NCBI GenBank assembly: GCA_049632765.1
Contig: JBNACB010000006.1
Span: forward strand, 53 to 64,052
From: Akkermansiaceae bacterium
GTDB taxonomy: Bacteria; Verrucomicrobiota; Verrucomicrobiia; Verrucomicrobiales; Akkermansiaceae
Direction: 5' to 3'
DNA length: 64,000 nt
Part shown: positions 53,613-63,771 of the stretch, piece after piece
How positions within the stretch are numbered: the stretch's first letter is position 1
Layout: each line of letters begins with the position of its first letter
Notes under the pieces: generated by a model
What the model saw: only the letters and a program-made list of their open reading frames with translations
Told to the model about the DNA's origin: nothing
Databases searched by the model: none
Position numbers and translations under genes: made by a program

Positions 53613-53717
53613 GAAGATGGCACAGGATCTTACATTTCGAGCCTAGCCAATAGACCCGCACCCTGTCCAAGAAAAAACCATCCTCATCGGTGCCATTAAT
53701 TTTCGGCACCCGATACA

Positions 53718-55199
53718 TCAGGAACCCAAATCAAGAAAGGCCTGTCCCAACCACTCGCAGGTATCCCCCGCAACCAGCGAGTGCACACTTGCCTTGCCAT
53801 GGCTAATCGCCAGTTCTGCGGCCCTACCCGCCAGCCATGCCCCCATTCGGGACGCGTCCTGAGGCTCGAGCCCCTGAGCCAACAGTGCGGTGATCACTCC
53901 CGTGAGGACATCCCCCTGCCCACCGCTTGCCATGCCTGCGTTGCCCGTCGCATTGAAGTAAACAGGAAAACCTGATCGCGCCACCAAAGTATGCGCACCC
54001 TTGAGCAGCAGGGTCGACCGGTCATATCGTTCACAAAAAGCCCTTGCAACATCCACCCTGTCCATGCCCACCCACTCAGGAAAGAGTCTTGCTAACTCAC
54101 CCGGGTGAGGTGTCAGCACGAAATTGGGACCGATACATTGTTCAACTCCAATATCGGCGATTCGATTCAGTCCGTCAGCATCGATAACAACGGGTAAGCT
54201 CATACGCTCCATGAGGGACAAGAAGGCCTGATTCGACTCCTCGTCACCCGGCCCCATTCCAGGCCCGATGGCAAAGGCATCAAACTCTGCAGGGTTGATT
54301 TCAGACCACAGCCTGACCGGTCTGAGCATCACCTCAGCGGGCAACATGGAAACCAGCAGTGGGTATAGAGACTCATCAACAAACAAAGTCACCAGGCCTG
54401 CCCCAGCACGCAGTGCTCCCCTTGCGCACAAAACAGCAGCTCCCAGCATGCCACGGGACCCCGCCAGGACACCTACCCTACCCGCATCCCCTTTGTGAAA
54501 GTCATGCTGACGCCTCGGTAAAACACCCTTCAGGCTGTGGACATCACTAAGACACAAGTCCCCATCAGGCACTGCTAGCTCCTCAAGAGGCACCAGCTCT
54601 ATGGCACCGGTGTGATTAACTGCAGCAGTGGCAAAGAGCCCGTTCTTTGGCACTCCCACGGTCAGTGTCAAATCTGCGGTCACAGCACCCTGATAAACCT
54701 CACCGGTGTCACCATCGACACCTGAAGGAATATCCATGGATATAATGGTAGCCGGTCCCGACAGCCGTGTCTCATTCATCCATGCCGCCAGCTCTGCCAG
54801 AGGCGGACGCAAGGCCCCCTTGGCACCGATACCCAATAGCCCATCGAGCAAAATGACAGGTTGTGCAGCAGGGCTATCATCAATAGCAGCATTCACATCA
54901 CAGTTGCCCAACTCGCGGAGTCTCTTTCGCGGCAGCGCACCCAGAGCGGAGCTTTCATGCAAACAGCGCACACCCACTTTCCAACCCGCCTCCGCGAGAT
55001 AGCGCGCAGCCACGAGTGCGTCCCCGCCATTGTTGCCGGAACCAATGCAGGCCACCACAGTACCTGGGTGAGGAAATCGCCGGAGAATGGCATGGGCAAT
55101 GCCCTGCCCCGCTTTTTCCATCAGCCCCTCGGCGGTAGCACCCTGTTTAAAGGCATGCTCCTCGAGCTGCCGCATTTCCGCACATGTCAGACTCCCCAT
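53718..55199 (-). CDS. nnr: Bifunctional NAD(P)H-hydrate epimerase/dehydratase
   Basis: LME.AG, GSGNNGGDA, D.PSG, HKG..GRV, GPGMG, DADGL, LTPHPGE, LLKG and GG.GDVL. Confidence 0.92.
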   Translation of the reverse strand: MGSLTCAEMRQLEEHAFKQGATAEGLMEKAGQGIAHAILRRFPHPGTVVACIGSGNNGGDALVAARYLAEAGWKVGVRCLHESSALGALPRKRLRELGNCDVNAAIDDSPAAQPVILLDGLLGIGAKGALRPPLAELAAWMNETRLSGPATIISMDIPSGVDGDTGEVYQGAVTADLTLTVGVPKNGLFATAAVNHTGAIELVPLEELAVPDGDLCLSDVHSLKGVLPRRQHDFHKGDAGRVGVLAGSRGMLGAAVLCARGALRAGAGLVTLFVDESLYPLLVSMLPAEVMLRPVRLWSEINPAEFDAFAIGPGMGPGDEESNQAFLSLMERMSLPVVIDADGLNRIADIGVEQCIGPNFVLTPHPGELARLFPEWVGMDRVDVARAFCERYDRSTLLLKGAHTLVARSGFPVYFNATGNAGMASGGQGDVLTGVITALLAQGLEPQDASRMGAWLAGRAAELAISHGKASVHSLVAGDTCEWLGQAFLDLGS

Positions 55200-55349
55200 A
55201 AGCATAAATAACAAATCACAAAAAACGGCTGATTACGATCAGGAATTTGAAAGCTCCCTCTGAAGAACCATCCGGGTTGTACAAACTACATGCCGGCAAA
55301 TCAAATCACTTGCCGGCATGCGTTATAACTAAACAGATGTGGATAAAGC

Positions 55350-57302
55350 TTACTTTTTGTTTACCAGCTTTTCCAGATTCTTAACCACGTTGATGTCCTC
55401 AAGGGTTGTCATGTTTCCGGTGGCCTTGCCAGTGGCCACCAACTCCTTGAGCAAGCGGCGCATAATCTTTCCTGAGCGGGTCTTGGGTAGTGCCGGAGTG
55501 AAGTAAATATCATCTGGCTTTGCAATGGCTCCAATGACCTTACCCACATGATTGCGCAGCTCCTTGAGCAAGGCATCCGTTCCTTTCACCCCTGACTTGA
55601 GCGTGACGAACACCACCACTGCCTGCCCCTTGATATCATGGGGGCGTCCCACAGCTGCAGCCTCCGCCACAGCCTTGTGAGCTACCAGAGCACTCTCGAC
55701 CTCGGCAGTGCCGAGGCGATGGCCGGAAACGTTGAGCACATCATCAAGGCGGCCCACAATCCAGAAGTTGCCCTTGCGGTCACGGCGCGCACCATCCCCG
55801 GCGGTATACATGCCTGGGTAGTCGCTCCAGTAGGTGTCACGATAGCGCTTTTTGTCACCATAAATGGTGCGCAACATGCTCGGCCACGGCTTGCGAATGA
55901 CCAGGCGGCCGCCCTCGTTGGCCTTACACTCCTGCCCCGTCTCATCCAGAATCGCTGCATCAACGCCAAAGAAAGGCACCGTAGCAGTTCCAGGCTTGAT
56001 AGGAGTGCAACCCGGAATCGGAGAAATCATGATGGAGCCGGTTTCCGTCTGCCACCAGGTATCAACAATGGGACAACGCCCACCACCTATTTTGTTGTAA
56101 TACCACATCCACGCCTCGGGATTAATCGGCTCTCCCACCGTCCCAAGCAGGCGCAGCGAGGAGAGGTCATGCTTGTCCACCATCTCGTCACCCGCCTTGA
56201 TAAATGCCCGGATAGCTGTCGGAGCAGTGTAGAAAATGGTTACCCCATACTCCTCGATAATCTGCCAGAAACGGGAAAAATCAGGGAAATTGGGAGCCCC
56301 CTCATACATCACCTGCGTCACCCCGTTGAGCATGGGACCATAGGTGATGTAGGAATGCCCGGTGATCCAGCCAACATCGGCCGTGCACCAGTAGACATCC
56401 TCATCTCGCATGTCGAAAATATATTTGCAGGTGGCATAGGTGTTGACCATGTAGCCCCCCGTAGTGTGGAGAATTCCCTTGGGTTTGCCGGTTGATCCGG
56501 ATGTGTAGAGGATGAAGAGAGGGTGCTCACTATCAAAGAACTTCGCTTTGTGCGTGCCTGACACCTTGGCCGTCTCATCATGCCACCAGACATCACGACC
56601 ACGTTTCATCTTGATGTCATTACCTGTGCGCTTGAGCACAATGACTTTTTTGACCGTTTTGTCGCGTTTCAGAGCCTCATCGACATTACCCTTGAGATCC
56701 ACAACCCCACCACGGCGCCAGCCGCCGTCAGCAGTCACCACACAGCTCGCCTTCGAGTCATCGAGACGGTCCTTGATTGACTCGGCAGAGAAGCCTCCGA
56801 ACACAATGGAATGAACAGCTCCAATGCGGGCACAGGCAAGCATGGCAATACTGGCCTCAGGCACCATTGGCATGTAGATGAGCACGCGGTCCTTGGACTT
56901 CACGCCATTGGCCTCCAGAACGTTGGCAAAGCGGCAGACTTCGCGCTGCAGCTGGCTGTAGGTCATGGTCCTCTTGTCCCCGGGCTCACCTTCCCACAAG
57001 AATGCAGCCTTGTTGCCACGGCCCTCGGCCACGTGACGGTCAACACAGTTGACACACACGTTGGTTTTACCTCCTACAAACCACTTTGCATAGGGCGCTT
57101 TCCAGTCAAGGACCTTGCCCCACTTCTTTGCCCAGTGGAGTTCATTGGCTTCGCGCGCCCAGAAGATATGTGGCTTCTCCACTGACTCCTTGTGCATGCG
57201 CTTGTATTGCGCCATGCTCGATATGCGAGCTTTTCGGGAAAATTCCTTGGAGGGTTTAAACTCCCTCTCTTCGCTCAGATGACTTTCGATTTTCTTACTC
57301 AT
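55350..57302 (-). CDS. acs: Acetyl-CoA synthetase
   Basis: [58 protein letters not shown] and [11 protein letters not shown]. Confidence 0.96.
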   Translation of the reverse strand: MSKKIESHLSEEREFKPSKEFSRKARISSMAQYKRMHKESVEKPHIFWAREANELHWAKKWGKVLDWKAPYAKWFVGGKTNVCVNCVDRHVAEGRGNKAAFLWEGEPGDKRTMTYSQLQREVCRFANVLEANGVKSKDRVLIYMPMVPEASIAMLACARIGAVHSIVFGGFSAESIKDRLDDSKASCVVTADGGWRRGGVVDLKGNVDEALKRDKTVKKVIVLKRTGNDIKMKRGRDVWWHDETAKVSGTHKAKFFDSEHPLFILYTSGSTGKPKGILHTTGGYMVNTYATCKYIFDMRDEDVYWCTADVGWITGHSYITYGPMLNGVTQVMYEGAPNFPDFSRFWQIIEEYGVTIFYTAPTAIRAFIKAGDEMVDKHDLSSLRLLGTVGEPINPEAWMWYYNKIGGGRCPIVDTWWQTETGSIMISPIPGCTPIKPGTATVPFFGVDAAILDETGQECKANEGGRLVIRKPWPSMLRTIYGDKKRYRDTYWSDYPGMYTAGDGARRDRKGNFWIVGRLDDVLNVSGHRLGTAEVESALVAHKAVAEAAAVGRPHDIKGQAVVVFVTLKSGVKGTDALLKELRNHVGKVIGAIAKPDDIYFTPALPKTRSGKIMRRLLKELVATGKATGNMTTLEDINVVKNLEKLVNKK

Positions 57303-57364
57303 AATTGCTGCCTCGTGTTGATAGGTTTCCCCAAAAACTAGACAGCTATTTACGGCAGGACAAT

Positions 57365-58246
57365 CTACTTTTTGCGCCTTTGCGATACTTTTTTAGCGGC
57401 CGGCCTTGGTTTCCGCTTTCCGGCTTTTCGAGCTGGTTTTTGTTGCGATGATCGCCCGGCGATCTTACGCGCAGCTTTACGCGGCTGGCGTTTTCTCAAA
57501 ACACGTGCCACATCCTTTGGCACCGCAGCCGCAGGAGGGTTTTGCCCGAGGGCTTCGATTTCAGGAGCATCGAGATGACGCCAGCGTCCCGGTTGAAGGC
57601 CGTTGTCTTCAAGCTTGCCTATGCGGATACGGACCAGCTTGATGACCTTGAGATGCAGAGCATCGAACATGTAGCGGATCTGCCGTTTTAATCCGGTTTC
57701 CAAAACGATCTTGACCCGTCTGGGTGAAATTCGGCGCACGGACTTTGCTCTGGCACGGCCCTCAGGGGTGTGGACTCCCTTGACCAGCTGATCCATCACC
57801 TCGTTAGCGAAGGATTGGTTCAGCGTCACCAAATATTCTTTTTCCACCTTCCTGCCCGGGTGAGTCAGCTGCATCGCCAAATCACCATCATTGGTCAGGA
57901 CGAGCAAACCCTCGGAATCCCGGTCCAGACGGCCCACATTCTTGAGGTGGCGCAGTTTGGGTGGCAGGATGTCATAGATGGTCTCCCTACCCAACTCATC
58001 TTGCGAGGTGCAAACAAGCCCCGCCGGCTTGTTAAAGAGAATCGTCTCCGTGGTCCTCGGGCTGACATGTTTGCGTCCAACTCGCACGGTGTCGTCCGAA
58101 CCGACCCTTGTCGCCGGGTTTTCACACCGACTGTTGTTTACAAACACTTTTCCCTCCTGAATCAGGGCATCACAGGCACGGCGGGAGCCCACACCACAGG
58201 AGGCGAGGTATTTGTTGAGTCTGATACCCTGAGTTGATGGAGGCAT
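57365..58246 (-). CDS. rRNA pseudouridine synthase, RsuA/RluB/E/F family, with basic C-terminal tail
   Basis: S4-like RLNKYLA..G..SRR, FNKP.G, VGRLD.DSEGLL.LTNDG and L.R.RIG. Confidence 0.92.
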   Translation of the reverse strand: MPPSTQGIRLNKYLASCGVGSRRACDALIQEGKVFVNNSRCENPATRVGSDDTVRVGRKHVSPRTTETILFNKPAGLVCTSQDELGRETIYDILPPKLRHLKNVGRLDRDSEGLLVLTNDGDLAMQLTHPGRKVEKEYLVTLNQSFANEVMDQLVKGVHTPEGRARAKSVRRISPRRVKIVLETGLKRQIRYMFDALHLKVIKLVRIRIGKLEDNGLQPGRWRHLDAPEIEALGQNPPAAAVPKDVARVLRKRQPRKAARKIAGRSSQQKPARKAGKRKPRPAAKKVSQRRKK

Positions 58247-58322
58247 GCTGATGAGAGATTGGCACTTGGGCCTTGTATCGAATTTTCACTCTGCCGGCCA
58301 GTTGCCGTGCAAGGTTGTGATG

Positions 58323-58360
58323 CAAAGAAAACCCGCCCAATGAAGGTCATGGGGCGGGTT
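58323..58360 (-). terminator. Intrinsic terminator of the rplM-rpsI-small basic protein operon
   Basis: AACCCGCCC.ATGA / TCAT.GGGCGGGTT stem (58330-58360) followed by minus-strand TTCTTT. Confidence 0.8.
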
Positions 58361-58388
58361 GAAAACAGTATTGTGCAGAGCTTCGCTG

Positions 58389-58544
58389 TTAAGCTTCCGG
58401 CTTGGTTTTGGGAAGGCCGATCGGGCTCTTGCCCTTCTGCCATTGACCACGCTCCTTGAGCAGCTTGATACGCTCGAAACGCTTGAGAACGGAACGCTTA
58501 CCTCCGGCTCCACCGGATATTTTGAGTGATGAATGTTTAGACAT
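58389..58544 (-). CDS. PVC-superphylum small basic (signature) protein, 51 aa, absent from the supplied ORF track
   Basis: Translated by hand as MSKHSSLKISGGAGGKRSVLKRFERIKLLKERGQWQKGKSPIGLPKTKPEA*. It carries the KR.VLKRFER...L...G.W......GLPK pattern of the Chlamydiae/Verrucomicrobia/Planctomycetes small basic protein. Confidence 0.88.
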   Translation of the reverse strand: MSKHSSLKISGGAGGKRSVLKRFERIKLLKERGQWQKGKSPIGLPKTKPEA

Positions 58545-58580
58545 AGCTTTGGTATGTTGCTGTGTTGAATGCTCGGTGGA

Positions 58581-58976
58581 TTAACGCTTGGAGAACTGGA
58601 ACTTCTTGCGCGCACCTGGCTGACCGTATTTCTTGCGCTCCTTCTGGCGAGGATCACGGCGCATAAGGCCGGCTTCCTTCAGTGCCGGGCGAAGCTCCTC
58701 GTCCTGCTCGCAAAGCGCACGGGAGATGGCAAGGCGAATGGCGCCGACCTGGCCGGCAATGCCTCCACCCTTGACGGAGACTTTGACATCAAACTTATTG
58801 GCAAGCTTGGCTTTCTGAAATGGTTCGAGAACTGCATTCTGGAGGGTGACTGTAGGCACATACTCCTCAAAAGAACGGTTGTTAACATTGATCTTTCCGC
58901 TCCCCGGGGTGACCCATACGTGGGCAACTGAAGATTTGCGGCGACCTGTGGCGCTGTATGTAGTGGCTTCGCTCAT
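58581..58976 (-). CDS. rpsI: 30S ribosomal protein S9
   Basis: ATGRRKSSVA.V, V.GGG..GQ.GAIRL.I.RAL and RDPR.KERKKYG...ARK.FQFSKR. Confidence 0.98.
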   Translation of the reverse strand: MSEATTYSATGRRKSSVAHVWVTPGSGKINVNNRSFEEYVPTVTLQNAVLEPFQKAKLANKFDVKVSVKGGGIAGQVGAIRLAISRALCEQDEELRPALKEAGLMRRDPRQKERKKYGQPGARKKFQFSKR

Positions 58977-59023
58977 GTGAAAAAATAAAGTTAATGGTTT
59001 GGTTCGGCTTCCTTAGCTACCCG

Positions 59024-59455
59024 CTACTTGATCTCATGGACCTCCGGCTGTTGCGCTTCGTGCGCGTGATCGGGGCCAACAACGACCTTCAGCTTCTTGT
59101 AAATAGCATCGCCAAGCTTGTTGTGTGGGATCATGCCCCTGACAGCACGCTCGAGCAACAGCTCAGGACGGCGCCCGCGCACTTGCTTGGGTGTCTCAAC
59201 CTTCTGGTTACCGACGTAACCGGTGTAGCGGGTGTAGATCTTTTCGCCCTCCTTGTTACCGGTGAGGACAACTTTCTCAGCGTTGGTGATGATGACATAG
59301 TCACCTGTGTCCACGTGAGGAGTGAAAATTGTTTTGTTTTTGCCGCGCAAGAGATTGGCAGCTTCAACAGCGACTTGACCGAGCACCTTGTTTTCGGCGT
59401 CAATCACATACCATTTGCGCTCAACATCCTGAGCTTTGGCTGAAAAAGTTTTCAT
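59024..59455 (-). CDS. rplM: 50S ribosomal protein L13
   Basis: MKTFSAK....RKWYVIDA....LG, LRGKNK..FTPHVDTGDYVII.NA and AVRGM.P. Confidence 0.98.
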   Translation of the reverse strand: MKTFSAKAQDVERKWYVIDAENKVLGQVAVEAANLLRGKNKTIFTPHVDTGDYVIITNAEKVVLTGNKEGEKIYTRYTGYVGNQKVETPKQVRGRRPELLLERAVRGMIPHNKLGDAIYKKLKVVVGPDHAHEAQQPEVHEIK

Positions 59456-59554
59456 AGGTTTGGTTGGTTCTAGTAGTGATGGCTGGATGACCGTAAATAC
59501 GGACAAAACATGCCGGCTTCCCAGGGTGGAAATGCCCACCCACCTCACATCGAG

Positions 59555-59591
59555 GGGCGCGCAACCTAGGAGCGAGCCAATGACATGTCAA
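59555..59591 (-). promoter_or_regulatory. Putative sigma70 promoter of rplM with GC-rich discriminator
   Basis: TTGACA (59591-59586)-N17-TAGGTT (59568-59563) followed by GCGCGCCCC. Confidence 0.6.
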
Positions 59592-59694
59592 CCCAAATTT
59601 CTCCGAATCTGCCTGCATTTCACGAATTCGGCCTGCTACCCGGGACCGGTAGGGTTCAATTGACAAATTCACCCGATTTTTGCATTATCCCTGC

Positions 59695-60579
59695 GTGCAG
59701 AATACTGAGGACAATCCCGACCAGGCGAACCGTCCCCGCAGCCCCCGGCCCTTCAAGGAAAGACTCTGGGAAATCATTTTCGAGGCTGAGACCCCATCTG
59801 GCAAATTTTTTGATGTCGCCCTACTCTGGGTGATCGCCATATCGGTCCTGGCCGTCATGCTCGAGAGTGTCGCTGAAATAGACGCCCGCTACCATACTCA
59901 GCTGGCAACCGCCGAGTGGGTTTTCACCATTATATTCACCCTCGAATACCTGCTGCGCATCTGGTTGGTGAGGCGACCACTCAAATACATCTTCAGTTTC
60001 TACGGTATCGTGGACCTCCTGTCCTGCCTGCCCAGCTACATCGCCCTGGCTTTTGGAGGAGGCACACCTTATGCGGTGATCCGTTTGTTGCGTCTATTGC
60101 GGATGTTCCGGGTATTGAAAATGGTCTCCCATGTGCGTGGGGCAAATACGATCATGCGTGGCCTGGCTGCCTCCAGAGCCAAAATCACGGTCTTTTTCTT
60201 CGCTGTGCTTATTTTAGCCATGATTGCCGGTACACTCATGTTTATTGTGGAGGGTAGTGTGGAAGGTACGTCTTTCACCAATATTCCCATAAGTATCTAC
60301 TACTCGATTGTCACGATCACCACCCTGGGATTTGGTGATATCACCCCCCAAACTGTTCTCGGGCAGCTGTTCACATCAATCATGGTTCTCGCAGGCTACG
60401 CCATCATCGCCGTCCCCACGGGCATTGTCGCCAGTGACATGATCCGTTTTGCCATGCGCCCTGATGAGACGACGGATGCATGTCCCGGCTGCGGAGTTCA
60501 CGGGCATCTGCCCGATGCCGTATACTGCAGAAAGTGTGGTGAACATTTGGAACCGCCACCAGAAACACAGGATACCTAA
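59695..60579 (+). CDS. Voltage-gated-type potassium channel / ion transporter with C-terminal zinc ribbon
   Basis: 6 TM, S4 IRLLRLLRMFRVLK, pore TITTLGFGDITP and C-terminal CPGC...CRKC. The start is uncertain: TTG 59680 or GTG 59695, with a TTGACA at 59660 favouring the latter. Confidence 0.85.
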   Translation: MQNTEDNPDQANRPRSPRPFKERLWEIIFEAETPSGKFFDVALLWVIAISVLAVMLESVAEIDARYHTQLATAEWVFTIIFTLEYLLRIWLVRRPLKYIFSFYGIVDLLSCLPSYIALAFGGGTPYAVIRLLRLLRMFRVLKMVSHVRGANTIMRGLAASRAKITVFFFAVLILAMIAGTLMFIVEGSVEGTSFTNIPISIYYSIVTITTLGFGDITPQTVLGQLFTSIMVLAGYAIIAVPTGIVASDMIRFAMRPDETTDACPGCGVHGHLPDAVYCRKCGEHLEPPPETQDT

Positions 60580-60638
60580 AAGCCTCATTGCAAGGGTTTT
60601 TGGGTTCCCCCCAGCATTACGTTATGCTTGAATCGTGC

Positions 60639-61481
60639 ATGTGGGTTTGGTCAAAGCTATCGGCAATCAAGTGGATGGACGCATGGGAGGACCGCTTTTA
60701 TGGCAACCCGAACACCGTCATCACCCGTCTCAAAACCAACAAAACCATCCGTGTGGAAGTCTACTCGGACACGGAAAAAGAGGCACTGGCCATCAAAAAA
60801 CAGTTTGGCGGCAGTGTGCGCAAACTAGTCAGTAAAAACTGGGCTGCCGTCGCAGAACCTGCGCGCCCACCCATCAAGATAAGAAGCTCGCTCATCATCA
60901 CCGGGTCCCGCGATGAAGATGCCAGGGAAAAACTGGGCCACGAGTTCCCCGGCAGACACATTGTTCAGATACCCGCCGACATGGCCTTTGGCACCGGTGA
61001 CCACGCAACCACCTCCACCTGCCTGCGTTTCCTCGTCGATATCGCGAGAGAGCGCTCCGCCACTGAATGGGACATGCTTGATCTGGGGACTGGCACCGGC
61101 GTCATAGCCATTGCTGCCCGCATGCTGGGAGCCCATCATTGTCTGGGACTGGATTTTGACCCACAGGCGATCAAGGTTGCCCGCCGTAATGTGAGGCGCA
61201 ACCAAGTCAGCTTGATCAAAATGTCAGAACAGGACGTGCTCAGCTGGAAGCCGGAGCGCAAGTGGCCGGTTGTCATAGCCAACCTGTTTTCGACCATTTT
61301 GCAGCAGGCCTTTCCAGTCATTATCAAAGCCATGGAGAAGGACGCTGACATCGTCGTATCGGGCATTCTCCATGACCAATGGGATGAGACCAGAGCCATT
61401 GCGGAGCAGGCCGGGTTGTCATTTTCAAAGATCATACGCAAGGGCAAGTGGGTCACGGCCCGGGGAAGCCGCATCCGCTAG
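60639..61481 (+). CDS. prmA: Ribosomal protein L11 methyltransferase
   Basis: MAFGTGDH.TT, LDLGTGTG..A, G.DFDP.A, ANL and SGIL. Confidence 0.88.
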   Translation: MWVWSKLSAIKWMDAWEDRFYGNPNTVITRLKTNKTIRVEVYSDTEKEALAIKKQFGGSVRKLVSKNWAAVAEPARPPIKIRSSLIITGSRDEDAREKLGHEFPGRHIVQIPADMAFGTGDHATTSTCLRFLVDIARERSATEWDMLDLGTGTGVIAIAARMLGAHHCLGLDFDPQAIKVARRNVRRNQVSLIKMSEQDVLSWKPERKWPVVIANLFSTILQQAFPVIIKAMEKDADIVVSGILHDQWDETRAIAEQAGLSFSKIIRKGKWVTARGSRIR

Positions 61482-61643
61482 CCGGGTTTGAATAAATCAT
61501 GCCCACCATACAGCATTAGGCTTGCATCAGAAAAATTATCAGATAACCAATCTTCACCACCTCGCTGGGGGGTGTGCTGTGAAAATCACTGTAACCCCCT
61601 GTGAGGGGCTACATATCAACTGTTTTCAAATTAATACAGCACC

Positions 61644-62810
61644 ATGGATTCCATTTCATCCCGCGTCAACCAAGTCGCCCCCTCCCTCACCCTTTCAGTC
61701 ACCAACCAAGCCAAGGCAATGCGCGCCCAGGGCGAGGAAGTCTACGGACTCGCAGGTGGTGAGCCAGATCAAGACACTCCTGACTTCATCAAACAGGCAG
61801 CCGTTCAGGCTCTCAGTGAAGGCAAGACCAAATACACCCCCGCTTCCGGCATTCCCGAGTTAAGGGAGGCTATCGCCAACAAACTCAAGACGGATAACGG
61901 CATTGATTACGACCCACGGCAAGTTGTCGTAAACTCAGGAGCCAAACAGTCATGCTTCAATGCCATTCTTGCAGTGTGCGAGGAGGGCGACGAGGTCATC
62001 ATCCCCTCGCCCTATTGGGTCAGCTACCCTGAAATGGTCCGCCTTGCCGGCGGTGAGCCCGTATTTGTCGAGACCACGGCCGAAAACAACTGGAAGATCA
62101 CGCCTGAGCAGTTTGAGGAGAACATGACCGGTCGCACCAAAATGATCATCCTCAACACACCGGGCAACCCCACCGGATCCGTCTACACAGCCGACGAGCT
62201 CCGGGCTCTTGGTGAAGTAGCTCTCTATGAGGACATCATCATCCTCGCCGATGAAATCTACGAACACCTCGTCTATGGTGATGCCCAACACACCAGCATC
62301 GCCTCACTCAGCAAGGATCTTTATGACCTTACCATCACCGTGAACGGCTTCTCGAAGGCCTACTCCATGACCGGGTGGCGCGTTGGTTACACGGCTGCAC
62401 CCAAGCCAATCGCAGAGGCCATGTCCAAGATCCAGGGACATACCACTTCCAATGCAACCACCTTTGCCCAGTATGGTGCACTTGCGGCCTTGGAAGGCGG
62501 CAAGGATTTCATCAGGGATCTGAATGCCGAATACGACGTCCGCCGGCAATTTGTCTATGGACGGCTGAGCAGCATTCCAAATATCAAGGTCACAGAACCT
62601 CAGGGCGCGTTCTACTGCCTCGTCGATACCGAGGAGCTTGGACTCAAATCCGTCAACTTGTGCGACAAGCTTCTCAACCGCTACCGTGTTGCTGCGGTTC
62701 CCGGCATTGCATTTGGCAATGATAACAGCATACGATTAAGCTACTGCACCACTCTGGACGTTCTCAATGAGGGACTGTCCCGCTTTGAGGAGTTCTGCAA
62801 GGCCCACTAA
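61644..62810 (+). CDS. Class I PLP-dependent aminotransferase (aspartate aminotransferase-like)
   Basis: GEPD..TP, YTP.SGIPELR.AI, GAKQ, PYWVSY, LNTP.NPTG, DEIYE and NGFSKAYSMTGWRVGY. Confidence 0.93.
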   Translation: MDSISSRVNQVAPSLTLSVTNQAKAMRAQGEEVYGLAGGEPDQDTPDFIKQAAVQALSEGKTKYTPASGIPELREAIANKLKTDNGIDYDPRQVVVNSGAKQSCFNAILAVCEEGDEVIIPSPYWVSYPEMVRLAGGEPVFVETTAENNWKITPEQFEENMTGRTKMIILNTPGNPTGSVYTADELRALGEVALYEDIIILADEIYEHLVYGDAQHTSIASLSKDLYDLTITVNGFSKAYSMTGWRVGYTAAPKPIAEAMSKIQGHTTSNATTFAQYGALAALEGGKDFIRDLNAEYDVRRQFVYGRLSSIPNIKVTEPQGAFYCLVDTEELGLKSVNLCDKLLNRYRVAAVPGIAFGNDNSIRLSYCTTLDVLNEGLSRFEEFCKAH

Positions 62811-62863
62811 CAGCCACACCTAAACGCTTGCAGAGGACGCTCATCCTCTCACTGTATTTTTTC

Positions 62864-62909
62864 AACGCGTCACACCACCGGCACACCACCGGGTGTGGCG
62901 CGTTTTTTT
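62864..62909 (+). terminator. Intrinsic terminator after the aminotransferase; its loop contains an 11-bp tandem duplication
   Basis: AACGCGTCACACC (62864-62876) / GGTGTGGCGCGTT (62892-62904) plus T7. CACACCACCGG occurs at 62871-62881 and 62882-62892. Confidence 0.8.
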
Positions 62910-62917
62910 ACCAGAGT

Positions 62918-63682
62918 CTAGCTCCCTGAATATGTGACATGATGCAGCGTCAGGCCGTCTGGGGGTGCGCAGTATGGGGATCTTCCATGAGCGAGCCCGG
63001 CTTCCTGATCGAGCATGGCGCTGAGATCATCCAGCCTCAGACGACCTTGCGCCACATAGACAGCCGCGCCCGTTAACAACCTGACCATTTTATAGAGAAA
63101 CCCATTACCCGTGAAGGTGATCCGGTAACCACCCGCAGTCGATGCCAGTTCACTCTTGCTAATGATCCTCACATAGTCCGTGCCCTCAGTCTCGTTGCCC
63201 CTCTTGGCTGCAAAAGCCCGAAAGCAATGTTCACCCACGAACAAAGCAAGGGCATTGTCCAGCGACTCGGCATCCAACTGGCGCGGCAAATGCCAGGCCA
63301 GCCCGGCAGTGTGGGGCGGCAAGACGGGCTCGAGACTCAGGTCATAGGTGTAGGTCTTACTGAGGGCATCATAGCGCGCATGAAACTCCCGCGGCATCTC
63401 GCTACAATCCATGACACGGATCGTAGGCGGCAGCTGATTGTTCATTGCGGGCACCCAATTGTAAGCATTCATGCGAAGTTCGTCAGGCACATCCATGTGT
63501 GCCACCTGGCCAAGGGCGTGCACACCGGTATCCGTTCTTCCCGAGCCATGCACACGGACGCTTTGCTTGGCCACTTCACCAGCGGCTTGCTCCAGATAAT
63601 CCTGGACCGTGTTACCCGTCGGCTGTGTCGCCCAGCCTTCGTAGGGGCGCCCGTCGTATGCAATGGTCATTTTGAGTCGCAC
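62918..63682 (-). CDS. truA: tRNA pseudouridine(38-40) synthase
   Basis: IAYDG..Y.GW..QP, GSGRTD.GVHA.GQ, FHARY and GNGFLYKMVR. Confidence 0.95.
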   Translation of the reverse strand: MRLKMTIAYDGRPYEGWATQPTGNTVQDYLEQAAGEVAKQSVRVHGSGRTDTGVHALGQVAHMDVPDELRMNAYNWVPAMNNQLPPTIRVMDCSEMPREFHARYDALSKTYTYDLSLEPVLPPHTAGLAWHLPRQLDAESLDNALALFVGEHCFRAFAAKRGNETEGTDYVRIISKSELASTAGGYRITFTGNGFLYKMVRLLTGAAVYVAQGRLRLDDLSAMLDQEAGLAHGRSPYCAPPDGLTLHHVTYSGS

Positions 63683-63703
63683 GGCCTAATACTAAGCATC
63701 TTT

Positions 63704-63743
63704 ACAAAAAGAAACAACCCCACCCTGCCAAGGGTGAGGTTGT
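63704..63743 (-). terminator. Intrinsic terminator after the sugar transferase
   Basis: Minus strand ACAACCTCACCCT-TGGC-AGGGTGGGGTTGT followed by TTCTTTTT. Confidence 0.8.
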
Positions 63744-63771
63744 AATCTGAAAGTCTCGCGGACCGCAGCCA

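Noticed and set aside
55350-57302. acs as part of the BMC pathway
   Set aside because: It is 15 kb from the locus, in housekeeping context, with no phased T-tract operator seen upstream.
59456-59554. L13 autoregulatory leader RNA
   Set aside because: A small GGGTGG/CCACCC hairpin is present, but I cannot match it to the Rfam model by eye; it needs an Infernal search.
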